Positions 7,346-16,710 of a DNA stretch of 64,000 bases are shown in pieces. Made by a program: the position numbers and the translations under genes. The stretch is taken from NCBI GenBank assembly GCA_947476195.1, contig CANJPT010000008.1, forward strand, positions 1,084-65,083, in the 5' to 3' direction. A model generated the notes under the pieces. It was given only the letters and a program-made list of their open reading frames with translations. It made no database searches and was not told the DNA's origin. The DNA is from Lewinellaceae bacterium. Lineage in GTDB: Bacteria; Bacteroidota; Bacteroidia; Chitinophagales; Saprospiraceae. The first letter of the stretch is position 1. The number at the start of each line of letters is the position of its first letter.

Positions 7346-9343
7346 TCAATGGACCCGCATCAGCGGCATCTCTTTTACGCGACGCAATACGAGCGGCACC
7401 TGTTCAATTTCTACAGAATCACTGTCTAGTCCAAACCAGTTTTGGGGTGAAGCCGTAAAACTCTTGACGGCAAGATAAATACGCATAACGGCCTGCTCCA
7501 ACATGGGAAGGTCATTTTCGTGAGACAGAAATTCCTGTATCAGAATAAATTTGAAGTCGCCGGTAACAATCTCTCCATGTCCAATATGGTATCGAGAAGT
7601 GACCTCGAGCTCGTCGTTTTCGATTAGATCTTCCACTACTTTTCGCAAAAAAAGATTCATGCGTTGTTCTACCCTAAATCCCAGCCGGAAGGTCACCTTG
7701 TAAACATCATCCCGTGCGATTACATTTACTTTGTATTCCATTGTATATGGCTCATCGGTAGTTTCGATGTGAATAAACCAGTAGATATCGGCACGTTTAG
7801 GTTGCGTCTGAAGGATGGAGTAAAGGATTTTCTCCTCAACTTTTTTAGGAGATTTGGCATTACTGAGAAAGACCAGATTCGTAGCGCACTTGGGAATACT
7901 ATCGTCACTGCCCAAAATGATAAGCTGGTCTATATAATCGTGGATCTTGACGTTTTGGATGTAGCGATTTTTGATTTTTTTGGCTTGAACCCACACAATC
8001 ATCAGGAAAAAGAGAACGGAAGCGAGTAGCACTGTAATAAAGCCGCCATCTTTGAATTTCAACAAGTTAGCCGCAAAAAAAGCGCCCTCAAAACAGATAT
8101 ACCAAATTAAGAAAGCCCATACCCAAACTGACTTTACCCGATTGAATACAAAGAAGTTAGATAACAGGATTGTGGACATCAACATGGTAAGCGTCACAGA
8201 AAGGCCATAGGCTGCTTCCATGTATTTGCTTTCTTTGAAGTACGCCGTAACAAATACACAACCTGTCCACAAAAGTGTATTTACTGCAGGGACGTACAGT
8301 TGACCTTTCATTTGGGTAGGAAAGATTACCGTTAATTTTGGCAATAAATCTAATCGTATTGCTTCACTCACTAAAGTGAAAGAACCTGAGATCATTGCCT
8401 GGCTGGCTATAATTGCTGCCAGCGTAGCAATAGCAATACCGAAGGGTAAAAAAAAGTCTGGCATTACCCCATAGAAAGGATTTACATGCTCTGGTTCAAG
8501 TTTGTCCCCAACCAAAGCTAAGTACGTGGGCAACTTTTTCCCTTCAAATTGCAGACACCAGGCAGCCTGGCCCAGGTAATTGAGTACCAAACAGGATTTA
8601 ACAAATATCCAGCTGATTCGAATATTCTGCTTTCCACAATGGCCCAGATCAGCATACAATGCCTCCGCTCCTGTGGTGCAAAGAAAAACCGCTCCCATCA
8701 AAACCAATGCATTTGGATGATGCATGATCACCTTGACAGCAAAAAGAGGGTTCAATGCATTTAGAACAGCCCAGTCATGTGATAAGGAGATGGCCCCCAA
8801 TATTCCCAGCATAGAGAACCAAAGGAGCATTACTGGGCCAAAAAATTTTCCAACAGCAACGGTTCCAAACTGTTGGAAAGCAAATATCACCGATATAATG
8901 CCGATCGTGATCGTCATTGTAGGGAGATGCATGTTTTGTAATGCCGGCACGGAGGCTAAGCTCTCAATAGCTGCAGAGACCGTAATGGGGGGGGTAATCA
9001 TTCCTTCCGACAACACTGCACAGCCCCCGATCATGGCAGGAAATAAAAGCCATTTTTTACCCCTGCGAACCAGGGTGTAGAGCGAAAAAATCCCTCCTTC
9101 ACCTTTATTGTCCGCCTGCAACACAAGGCCAATATACTTAAAGGAAGTCTGTATGGTCAGGGTCCAAAAAACAAGTGAAACCGCTCCTAATATCGTTTCT
9201 CGATTGATTAGTCCATCACCAACAATGGATTTCATCACATACAACGGCGAAGTACCAATATCACCATAGATTATGCCTAATGTGATCAAAAGCCCGGCCG
9301 CACTGAGCTTGTGATGGTAGTTTTGGTCACTGTTTAAGGCCAT
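7346..9343 (-). CDS. kup: KUP-family potassium uptake transporter
   Basis: 665 aa. N-terminal GIIYGDIGTSPLYV signature, 12 TM segments plus a cytoplasmic C-terminal domain. Confidence 0.95.
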   Translation of the reverse strand: MALNSDQNYHHKLSAAGLLITLGIIYGDIGTSPLYVMKSIVGDGLINRETILGAVSLVFWTLTIQTSFKYIGLVLQADNKGEGGIFSLYTLVRRGKKWLLFPAMIGGCAVLSEGMITPPITVSAAIESLASVPALQNMHLPTMTITIGIISVIFAFQQFGTVAVGKFFGPVMLLWFSMLGILGAISLSHDWAVLNALNPLFAVKVIMHHPNALVLMGAVFLCTTGAEALYADLGHCGKQNIRISWIFVKSCLVLNYLGQAAWCLQFEGKKLPTYLALVGDKLEPEHVNPFYGVMPDFFLPFGIAIATLAAIIASQAMISGSFTLVSEAIRLDLLPKLTVIFPTQMKGQLYVPAVNTLLWTGCVFVTAYFKESKYMEAAYGLSVTLTMLMSTILLSNFFVFNRVKSVWVWAFLIWYICFEGAFFAANLLKFKDGGFITVLLASVLFFLMIVWVQAKKIKNRYIQNVKIHDYIDQLIILGSDDSIPKCATNLVFLSNAKSPKKVEEKILYSILQTQPKRADIYWFIHIETTDEPYTMEYKVNVIARDDVYKVTFRLGFRVEQRMNLFLRKVVEDLIENDELEVTSRYHIGHGEIVTGDFKFILIQEFLSHENDLPMLEQAVMRIYLAVKSFTASPQNWFGLDSDSVEIEQVPLVLRRVKEMPLMRVH

Positions 9344-9385
9344 TTCCTTGATTACCTGTTACTTGAAACTTGTTACTAATTTGTA

Positions 9386-10786
9386 CTATTTATTTGTCAA
9401 AACCAAGTATTCCCAAGGTTTTAGATTCAATTGCATATCCTTGGTAAGTTGTACGGTGCTTGCACCAAATACACTGAGGTAAACGCCTGATACGATTGCC
9501 TCATCCGGGCGAAGTGTGACTGCACATGGGTTTTTACATAAGTTTAGCACTACCACCAAACGGTCACCTTCTATTTCCCGGGTAAAAGCATATACCTGAT
9601 CATCCCGGTTGGTTTCAATCTTTTCAAGTCTGCCGCCATTTTTACCTGCCCAAAGCGCTCGATTGTTGTGACGCAGATCACAAAGTTTTTGGAAAAAAGG
9701 TGTTTTTTCGAACTTATTCCAACGAATTGGATCTTTTTCGAAAAATTTCAATCGTTGTGAAAGTCCATCTTCCTGCCCGTTGTAAATCATAGGCATACCC
9801 TGCCAGGTGAATGCTAAAATATTAAAAACGTCTGCAGCATCTCCGTATATATCAGTTTCTGTTCCATTCCACGTATTCTCATCGTGGTTTTGGGTGAAAT
9901 AAACCTGGGTATAATCTTGGGGATAAAATCCATTTAAAAACGCCAAAAGGGTATCCAGTGACTCGGCACTTTGTTTGCCTGCGGCAATATCTTTGGTAAT
10001 ATCCTTCCATTTCCAACCGTAATTGGCATCGAAACACGAGCGAAAATGCTCTGGCTCATCCTGCCATTCTGCGAGCATAAAAACTTGTTTTACGGAATCA
10101 AGTGCAGGTCGAGCCTCCGCCCAGAAATCGTTCGGTATAAGCCCCGCCATATCTACCCTAAAGCCATCGATGTCGCAAGATTTTAGCCAATATTGCATCG
10201 CCCCAATCATAGCACGGCGGGTGGCTGGATTTGAATAGTCCAGATCGCACACGTCACTCCAATCTAGAATAGGCTCACCTTTTTCATTTAACGGCACCGT
10301 AAAATCTCCGTTATATTTGGTGAAATATTCTGGATGTGTTTTTTTCCATTCAGAATCCCAGGACGTGTGGTTGGGCACCCAATCGAGTATGACTTTCATT
10401 CCAAGGGCATGCGCTTCATCCACGAGATGTTTAAAATCTGCTTCTGTGCCAAAATCCGGGTTAACTGCCAGATAATCGCGTACAGAATAAGGACTTCCAA
10501 GATCTGAAGACTTCAGTTTCCGATGCTCCTTACCAATTGGGTGGATGGGCATGATCCACAACACGTCTATCCCCAGATCATGAAGCCGGGGCAGTCCTGC
10601 ACGAACACCTGCAAAATCACCCGTTGGTGAAAACTGCCGGACATTGCATTCGTATAATACAGCGCTGGAGGCCCATTCAAGTGAAGACATTTCTTGTGGA
10701 ATAGTCGTTTTTACGGCAGGTATGGTCGGATTTTGACAAGCTGTTATGGCCAAAGCAGCAAGGCAGCGTATTAGTAGTTTTCTCAT
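9386..10786 (-). CDS. GH13 alpha-amylase family glycoside hydrolase (lipoprotein)
   Basis: Lipobox (ALAITAC). GH13 conserved regions DVLWIMPIHP, GFRVDMA, MLAEW and FTQNHDE. Confidence 0.9.
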   Translation of the reverse strand: MRKLLIRCLAALAITACQNPTIPAVKTTIPQEMSSLEWASSAVLYECNVRQFSPTGDFAGVRAGLPRLHDLGIDVLWIMPIHPIGKEHRKLKSSDLGSPYSVRDYLAVNPDFGTEADFKHLVDEAHALGMKVILDWVPNHTSWDSEWKKTHPEYFTKYNGDFTVPLNEKGEPILDWSDVCDLDYSNPATRRAMIGAMQYWLKSCDIDGFRVDMAGLIPNDFWAEARPALDSVKQVFMLAEWQDEPEHFRSCFDANYGWKWKDITKDIAAGKQSAESLDTLLAFLNGFYPQDYTQVYFTQNHDENTWNGTETDIYGDAADVFNILAFTWQGMPMIYNGQEDGLSQRLKFFEKDPIRWNKFEKTPFFQKLCDLRHNNRALWAGKNGGRLEKIETNRDDQVYAFTREIEGDRLVVVLNLCKNPCAVTLRPDEAIVSGVYLSVFGASTVQLTKDMQLNLKPWEYLVLTNK

Positions 10787-10879
10787 AGACGAGCGAAAGA
10801 TGATTCAGGGTATTTGACTCAGTAAATCTAGTTATTGGTTTACAAAAATATCCAACCAATAACTAGATGTCACCTAAGA

Positions 10880-11809
10880 TTAGTCCTTTTGCTGCTTCGT
10901 ATCATCCAGTAAATTGTCATCTAAAAGTCCACGCTTCTTTGCCGTTTCTGCGTAACCGTGAAGTTGAACCGGTTTCCGTTTTTTGGTCATCCTGATATTC
11001 AATAATTCTGTGAAAAGTGAGAAGAAAATAGCGAAGTATAAGTAGCCTTTTGGCACTTCTCCTTCAAGGAAACAACCCAGGTGTGCGGCTTCGGCCACCA
11101 ATGAAAACCCAATGAGGATAAGAAAAGATAAGCCTAACATTTGGACGGTAGGGTGATTGTTCACAAATTTGCTCACTGGTCCGGAGAACAACATCATGAC
11201 AAAAACAGAGATCACCACCGCAATGATCATAATAAACACATTATCAGCAATACCAACGGCTGTAAGAATAGAGTCAAATGAAAATACGATGTTGATGAGT
11301 GCAATCTGAAGTATAACTTGATTGAGCGCTGCTTTTCCAATACTTCCTTGTTTTGGATGGGGATCGTCAGATCCGTCACCACCTTCCAGTTTATGGTGGA
11401 TTTCAGTGGTGGCTTTGTAGAGCAGAAAAAGCCCGCCGAGGAACAAGATCAAGCCCTGCCCGTTTAAAAAAGGTTTTGTTGGAGGCGGTAGGACTTGTCC
11501 CATGCTATCTACCATTGGTGCAATATCATGACCTATATGCGCAACAAGGCCCGGAATATTGAAATAAAATAATGGCGCTTTCATGCCAATGATCCAGGTG
11601 ATACCAAATAACAAGACAATGCGCAAAAACATGGCCAGGATAAGGCCAACGTTGCGTGCCTTAGGTTGATCCTTCTCTGGAAGTTTGGCGGAAATGATGC
11701 TAAGGAAAATGATATTGTCTACACCTAGCACAATTTCAAGCATGGTAAGCGTCAAAAGACTGATCCAGACTGCGCCAGAAGTAAAATCTGGTATATTCGT
11801 AAGAGACAT
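10880..11809 (-). CDS. TerC-family integral membrane protein
   Basis: 309 aa, multi-TM, with GVDNIIFLSII and FSFDSILTAVG motifs typical of TerC/Alx/YkoY proteins. Confidence 0.9.
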   Translation of the reverse strand: MSLTNIPDFTSGAVWISLLTLTMLEIVLGVDNIIFLSIISAKLPEKDQPKARNVGLILAMFLRIVLLFGITWIIGMKAPLFYFNIPGLVAHIGHDIAPMVDSMGQVLPPPTKPFLNGQGLILFLGGLFLLYKATTEIHHKLEGGDGSDDPHPKQGSIGKAALNQVILQIALINIVFSFDSILTAVGIADNVFIMIIAVVISVFVMMLFSGPVSKFVNNHPTVQMLGLSFLILIGFSLVAEAAHLGCFLEGEVPKGYLYFAIFFSLFTELLNIRMTKKRKPVQLHGYAETAKKRGLLDDNLLDDTKQQKD

Positions 11810-11980
11810 TAGTGAAAAAATTGGTGAAGTTTGAAATTTTGGTGCAAGAATACGACGTTTGTTAGGAACCGTTGGCGCGGCGATCGCTTATCTGCTTAAA
11901 AAAGCTAAATAGGAGGGTAGGGGTGGGAACGAATATCCTGGTATCCAACATAATTTCCTAATTCCCTTGTATAGATACAA

Positions 11981-12023
11981 AAAACGGCCCGAGCATCTTT
12001 TTAAGATACCCGGGCCGTTTTTT
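11981..12023 (-). terminator. Rho-independent terminator (bidirectional hairpin)
   Basis: Stem AAAACGGCCCG (11981-11991) / CGGGCCGTTTT (12011-12021), with A-run and T-run on both sides. Lies 20 nt downstream of the small ORF 12041-12214. Confidence 0.7.
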
Positions 12024-12040
12024 AATGTACTCAAGTCTGA

Positions 12041-12214
12041 TTATGCCTCTGTTTCTTCTTCCGCTTCGTTCTCGTTTGTTTCTGCTTCTTCAGCATCTTC
12101 ATCCCCATCTACCTCTTCTTGTAGTTCATTAGTTTCTTCCTGCTGATCAACAGCAGTTGGACCTTCGTTTTCAATGATTTCTACGAAGTTTTCGAGCGAT
12201 TCAAATTGTGCCAT
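12041..12214 (-). CDS. Small highly acidic hypothetical protein (57 aa, below ORF-track cutoff)
   Basis: ATG 12214 to TAA 12041 encodes MAQFESLENFVEIIENEGPTAVDQQEETNELQEEVDGDEDAEEAETNENEAEEETEA. Followed directly by a strong terminator. No family recognised. Confidence 0.4.
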   Translation of the reverse strand: MAQFESLENFVEIIENEGPTAVDQQEETNELQEEVDGDEDAEEAETNENEAEEETEA

Positions 12215-12318
12215 GACAGTAAATTTTTGATGAAAAGTGAGGGTGAATTATTTACACCACAAATTTCTTTTACCGCCATGAAGCGAGGGTTAAAACAGGA
12301 TTAAGTTAGTAACAAGGT

Positions 12319-13056
12319 TTAGTGAGCCTCTATTTTTTTCACTGTGCCAGAGCCACTCACACTGGTTTCAACACTTGGTGTGCCGGAATAAAAAACATCC
12401 CCGGAGCCCGAAATACTGGCATTCAAATTAGTTGTTACATCGGAAGTAACGGTCCCGGATCCTGAAATGCTGACTTTCAATGAATTAGCACTCAGATTCT
12501 TTGCCTTTACGTCACCGCTCCCGGAGATATCAGCGCTCATATCATCGGCTTTTCCCCCCAGGGATATGGTACCACTTCCGGCGATACTGGTGGACAAGGC
12601 GCCAAAATCAGATATCAGCGAAAAAATATCGCCAGATCCGGCAATGCTCATTTCCATTTTCTCGGCGCGGATCGCAGTTACCACCCGAAGTGTTCCGCTT
12701 CCACCTACCTCAAATCGATCGAATGCCGGAGCGATTACTTTAATTTTAATGCCCTCAGAACTGTTTATATTGTCGTCAGAATAGATGCGTAAGGCGCCGT
12801 TTTCGACGACTGTTTTCAAAAGCGGGAGAAGATTCTGTTGGGCAGATACTTCGACTGAATAATTTTCGCCAACAGTAACTTCCACATCGCCAGCAATTTC
12901 AAGCTCAATAGCATTAAAACCATTGGCACTTCGGGTCTCTGTCTGTACTGGCCCGGAACCTGAAACTCCGCCAAAATTGAGAAAACTACCATGACAGGAG
13001 CGTTTGCCAAACACAAACACTGCCACAAGAAGCATGAAAATAAGTAAGTTACGCAT
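12319..13056 (-). CDS. DUF2807 (head GIN domain) protein, secreted
   Basis: Repeated GSG(D/T)(V/I) beta-strand units (ISGSGDV, IAGSGTI, VSGSGTV). Signal peptide from the internal ATG 13056 (MRNLLIFMLLVAVFVFG). The track ORF extends to 13110. Confidence 0.7.
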   Translation of the reverse strand: MRNLLIFMLLVAVFVFGKRSCHGSFLNFGGVSGSGPVQTETRSANGFNAIELEIAGDVEVTVGENYSVEVSAQQNLLPLLKTVVENGALRIYSDDNINSSEGIKIKVIAPAFDRFEVGGSGTLRVVTAIRAEKMEMSIAGSGDIFSLISDFGALSTSIAGSGTISLGGKADDMSADISGSGDVKAKNLSANSLKVSISGSGTVTSDVTTNLNASISGSGDVFYSGTPSVETSVSGSGTVKKIEAH

Positions 13057-13186
13057 ATAAGGAGATTTTTGTTTTGAAATGATGACAGATTTTTTTGGAC
13101 TTTGTGCCACAATTTAATGTCGCAAAATACGTCTGACACATTCCGAACCGACGAGGTTGCGTTTTTACGCTACAAACTTTTCTTAA

Positions 13187-13618
13187 ATGGCACTCTGGCT
13201 TTTATTGAACCTACTCATTTCCAATTTTTGCAACCCACTCCTAACCGTTCAAACGGAAAAATTGACCATCGCAGACAACATTTCAGCTCCCGCTCAGACT
13301 TCAGCAAAGGCCCCGATTGTGGAATGGCTGACGGAGCGCGACCACGACTTCCAACACCTGCGCAAGGAACACCCAAAGACCTTTGTCTTTAAATTTAAAA
13401 ATATTTACCAAGACTCCATCATCCTCCAAACTGTCCGCACCTCCTGCGGCTGTACCGCAGCTACCTGGACTGAAGGAGAAATTGCACCACAGGGAATTGG
13501 CCAAATCGTGGTGGAATACGACGCCTATATGCGCGGCGAATTTCGAAAAAAGATCATGGTGTTTTTTGATCGGCAACGCAAGCCGGAGCTCTTATGGATC
13601 CACGGGGAGGTGGATTAA
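13187..13618 (+). CDS. DUF1573 domain protein
   Basis: 143 aa with a signal peptide. Hallmark SCGCT motif (VRTSCGCTAATW) followed by PG..G.I.V.YD. Confidence 0.75.
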   Translation: MALWLLLNLLISNFCNPLLTVQTEKLTIADNISAPAQTSAKAPIVEWLTERDHDFQHLRKEHPKTFVFKFKNIYQDSIILQTVRTSCGCTAATWTEGEIAPQGIGQIVVEYDAYMRGEFRKKIMVFFDRQRKPELLWIHGEVD

Positions 13619-13635
13619 AATAATATAGAATCCTT

Positions 13636-13680
13636 CTGAGAATTGTTGCCTGATGGCTTACACCAGGCAACAATTCTCAG
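13636..13680. terminator. 17-bp perfect hairpin between convergent genes (no clear U-tract)
   Basis: CTGAGAATTGTTGCCTG (13636-13652) / CAGGCAACAATTCTCAG (13664-13680) with an 11-nt loop. Confidence 0.4.
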
Positions 13681-13758
13681 AAAAAAGCAAATTCCTTATT
13701 AGGATTAGGGCGAATGTCCTGTTTGTCGGAGCCGAAAAACAAACAATGGATTGCGCTT

Positions 13759-14646
13759 TTACGATTTACCGTAGATTTCTCCTTTACAAGCTTTCAAAGT
13801 GTTCATCATCAGGGCCGCAACCGTCATCAGGCCAACGCCTCCTGGCACTGGTGTAATAAAGCTGCAATGTGGCGCAACACTCTCAAAATCAACATCTCCC
13901 GCCATCCTGGCACCACTTTTTTTGCTGTCATCAGGGATACGGTTGATACCCACATCGATCACCACGGCCCCTTCTTTCACCCAGTCGCCTTTTACAAACT
14001 CCGGAATTCCGATGGCTGCGACCACAATATCGGCGCGACGGACTTCAGCAGGCAGATCTTTAGTGCGGGAGTGGGTGAGTGTTACGGTACAATCGCCAGG
14101 ATATCCTTTACGCGATAGCAGAATGCTAATAGGCGTACCGACAATATTACTGCGGCCGATGACTACGCAATGCTTTCCGCTGGTTTCAATATTATATCGG
14201 CGCAACATCTCGAGAATACCCATCGGTGTGGCAGGTAAATACGACGGAAGTCCCTGGGCCATACGGCCAAAATTTACCGGATGAAAACCATCTACGTCTT
14301 TTTTAGGATCAATCGCCAAGGTAACGGCCTCTTCATCAATATGTTTGGGAAGTGGAAGTTGAACGATAAAGCCATCAATATCCGGGTCGTCATTCAGCTG
14401 TTGCACAATAGCAAGCAATTCTTGCTGTGTAGTCGAAGCCTCGCAGCGAACAAGCGAACTTTTAAAACCCACCTGCTCGCAAGACCTTATCTTAGAGGAT
14501 ACATAGACCTGACTCGCTGGATTTTCTCCAACAATGATAGCTGCTAAATGGGGGATCTTACCACCCTGCAATATGATTTGCTCAACTTCGGCAGCAAGTT
14601 CTGTTTTGATTTGTTCTGAAAGGAGTTTTCCGTCAAGAATTGTCAT
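13759..14646 (-). CDS. folD: Bifunctional methylenetetrahydrofolate dehydrogenase/cyclohydrolase
   Basis: 295 aa. MTILDGK...YV.SK...C...[20 protein letters not shown] and [10 protein letters not shown] motifs. Confidence 0.95.
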   Translation of the reverse strand: MTILDGKLLSEQIKTELAAEVEQIILQGGKIPHLAAIIVGENPASQVYVSSKIRSCEQVGFKSSLVRCEASTTQQELLAIVQQLNDDPDIDGFIVQLPLPKHIDEEAVTLAIDPKKDVDGFHPVNFGRMAQGLPSYLPATPMGILEMLRRYNIETSGKHCVVIGRSNIVGTPISILLSRKGYPGDCTVTLTHSRTKDLPAEVRRADIVVAAIGIPEFVKGDWVKEGAVVIDVGINRIPDDSKKSGARMAGDVDFESVAPHCSFITPVPGGVGLMTVAALMMNTLKACKGEIYGKS

Positions 14647-14703
14647 TGTGATCGTATATTTATAAGCTTTTTTATAAAACAGATGTCTTTTTAAAGGGAT
14701 TTA

Positions 14704-15255
14704 TCAATATTTAGGCCATTTTCCTTGCAATTTCATAACCTTTTCAATCACATCGCGGACACATCCTGCGCCGCCCCGGAAGGGAGAAATATAATCGCAG
14801 GCAGCGAGGACTTCATGCACGGCATCTAAAGGGCAACAAGCAAGCGCAGACTTCCTGAGCGGTGGTAGGTCAGGCAGATCATCACCCATATAACAGATTT
14901 CAGTGGAGAAAATACCCGTACGTTGCATAAAGGATTGAAAAGCAGCGCCTTTGTCTTTTACGCCCGCGTAGTATTCTGAAATGCCCAACTGCTGGGTAAA
15001 GCGCTTTTTCACCCCTTCTGAAGTGCCCCCGGTAATGATGCCAATTGGAAAGCCAGCTTCTATCGCCCACTTAATGGCCTGTCCGTCGCGCACATTCATG
15101 GTGCGCAAAAATTCGCCCGCCTCTGTAATCAGGAGTCCATTATCTGTAAATATTCCATCTACATCAAATACAAAAGCGCGCACGACTTTCATTTTATCAA
15201 AGACGTGCACCAACTCAAAATTGATCGTCTGATCATTGTCTACGCCTAAGACCAT
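14704..15255 (-). CDS. kdsC: KDO 8-phosphate phosphatase (HAD-IIIA, KdsC-like)
   Basis: FVFDVDGIFTDN, ...GIITGG..., KDK and GDDLPD motifs. Start chosen at ATG 15255 for a canonical length. The track ORF runs to 15366 and would overlap iscX. Confidence 0.8.
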   Translation of the reverse strand: MVLGVDNDQTINFELVHVFDKMKVVRAFVFDVDGIFTDNGLLITEAGEFLRTMNVRDGQAIKWAIEAGFPIGIITGGTSEGVKKRFTQQLGISEYYAGVKDKGAAFQSFMQRTGIFSTEICYMGDDLPDLPPLRKSALACCPLDAVHEVLAACDYISPFRGGAGCVRDVIEKVMKLQGKWPKY

Positions 15256-15332
15256 TCCTCCAGTAACAGAAGCAATGCCGGACGGAGGGAGTGCCTGTGG
15301 TTCAGTGGGGACAATTTGTCCTCCAAATTGAC

Positions 15333-15581
15333 TTATTTGTTGTTTGATCTCCATTCGTACACCCATTTGGCTTGTATTTGTTCCAGGTGGCCTTCGGTGG
15401 AATCCTCGCGCTTCCCTTCAAAATGCGGAATTTCTAACACCCATTGGATCAATTCTGTGAAGCGGACCCGGTAAATCTTACTTTCGTCAAACTCCTCTCC
15501 GAAGCGCTCGTAAAGCGCCATGGCAACATCTTCGTGGTCGGCCCACTGAATGGGCATATTATCAAAATCTTGAAAAGGCAT
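15333..15581 (-). CDS. iscX: IscX-like Fe-S assembly accessory protein
   Basis: W.D.EDVAMALYERF.......VRFTELIQWVLEI..F resembles IscX/YfhJ and lies directly downstream of fdx as in isc operons. Start at ATG 15581. The upstream track extension is encoded by an intergenic repeat. Confidence 0.65.
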   Translation of the reverse strand: MPFQDFDNMPIQWADHEDVAMALYERFGEEFDESKIYRVRFTELIQWVLEIPHFEGKREDSTEGHLEQIQAKWVYEWRSNNK

Positions 15582-15590
15582 ATTTTTTAT

Positions 15591-15655
15591 TAATGTGATC
15601 AATTTGAGTAATGTGGTCAATGTGTTTAATGTGGTCAATGTTCGTGGCCAATAAT
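15591..15655. repeat. Tandem 18-nt repeat array (3 good units plus 1 degenerate), unit TAATGTGGTCAATGTGnn
   Basis: Units at 15591, 15609 and 15627 (period 18), then a decayed unit. The same unit forms the palindrome at 23011-23087. Confidence 0.7.
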
Positions 15656-15976
15656 TCTCTTTTGATCAGGGATGGTTACCGTGATCTCTGTATCATTGTT
15701 CAGAATAACGCATTGACAAGCAAGGCGGCTTTCAATTCTCGGATTAATTGCACGGTCGATAAAATCCTCCTCCTTATCAGAGATCCCTTCGATAGAATCC
15801 TCGCCAATTTCCACATACAAATGGCAGGTAGAGCAGGCGCAAACACCGCCACAGTTGTGATTGAGGTGCACGTCGTATTCCTCCGTCAATTCAAGGATGG
15901 ACATATCTTTGAAATCACCCTCAACCGATTTGGGAGCGATGCTTGTATCTTCAAACTGAAAATGTATAACAGCCAT
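15635..15976 (-). CDS. fdx: 2Fe-2S ferredoxin (ISC/adrenodoxin type)
   Basis: Cysteine pattern C.GVCACSTCH ... C in a 113-aa protein, with iscX downstream. Confidence 0.85.
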   Translation of the reverse strand: MAVIHFQFEDTSIAPKSVEGDFKDMSILELTEEYDVHLNHNCGGVCACSTCHLYVEIGEDSIEGISDKEEDFIDRAINPRIESRLACQCVILNNDTEITVTIPDQKRIIGHEH

Positions 15977-16135
15977 ATTTAGTTGGTGCGAAATTTAACT
16001 CGCCGTAAAACGTTGATGTTTCGAAATAAAATTTAAGATTTCGCTTTGTAAAAAGAACGCAAAGGTAGATTTTGATTAGGGTAAAAACACCAGACAGACC
16101 AATGCTTTTTGTCGACCTGAAAACAATGCGTTTGA

Positions 16136-16299
16136 CTAGTGCCGCGTCCGGCCATTAAGGTGTGAATATGGCGGTCTAATTTTTCCTTTCTCTGCGTTGT
16201 TCGTCGGTTAAAATGTCCCGCATTGCGCTCTTCTCACGCCTTGATAAAGAAAAAATTTGCCTCCTCAATTCATACCTTAATGGCCTGGCGCGCCACTAG
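16136..16299. mobile_element. MITE-like palindromic non-coding element, copy 2
   Basis: Same element as 1682-1840, differing by 4 substitutions and a 5-nt indel. TIRs CTAGTGCCGCGTCCGGCCATTAAGG / CCTTAATGGCCTGGCGCGCCACTAG. Confidence 0.7.
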
Positions 16300-16710
16300 A
16301 TGTTTTGAAAAGAAAAATCGAATGGTGGTAACTTACGAACAAAAACTGCCAAACCTTGACGGCGCCGGGCATGGGTTCAATGAAGTTGTTTTTGAAAATT
16401 TCATAGCGTCGAATTAGGCGTAACAGCCAGGATATTCAAACGCAGTGAGATTGAATCCCCCTTCCAAAAGTAGCCACATTTTTATCTAATTCGCCAATAA
16501 TAGCTTGTTGAGCAGCGTCGGCAGGAGCAAAAGCCAGCAATTGTGCCACCTTCAAGGAAGCTCCTCGGGCAGTTTTAATACAGCGCAGCTAAATAGCCAG
16601 CAGTAGACTCAATCTTTTTGGCCCAGGGAATAATTTGCTCAAGTCGAAAAAGGACTTCAGAGATACATTTAACAGCCAAAATTATCGGAGTAGAAATAGG
16701 GTAGGGGGCA

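Noticed and set aside
11810-11980. yybP-ykoY (Mn2+) riboswitch in the TerC leader. I also looked for a glycine riboswitch upstream of gcvP (20083-20152) and an FMN riboswitch upstream of ribH (52808-52915).
   Set aside because: The conserved cores are not visible on the correct strand: GGGGAGUAG / UUGACAUA for yybP-ykoY, the glycine aptamer motifs, and the RFN multi-stem core. The gcvP and ribH leaders are also too short (70 and 108 nt), and the ribH leader holds only one simple hairpin. An Infernal/Rfam scan would settle this.
15591-15655. Possible mini-CRISPR array, given regularly spaced repeats.
   Set aside because: The units are directly tandem (period 18) with no unique spacers. There are only 3-4 units and no cas genes in the window. 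The same unit also occurs in inverted orientation at 23011-23087.
16223-16417. 64-aa ORF starting inside MITE copy 2.
   Set aside because: The first third is encoded by the repeated palindromic element, whose other copy has no such ORF. There is no motif support.
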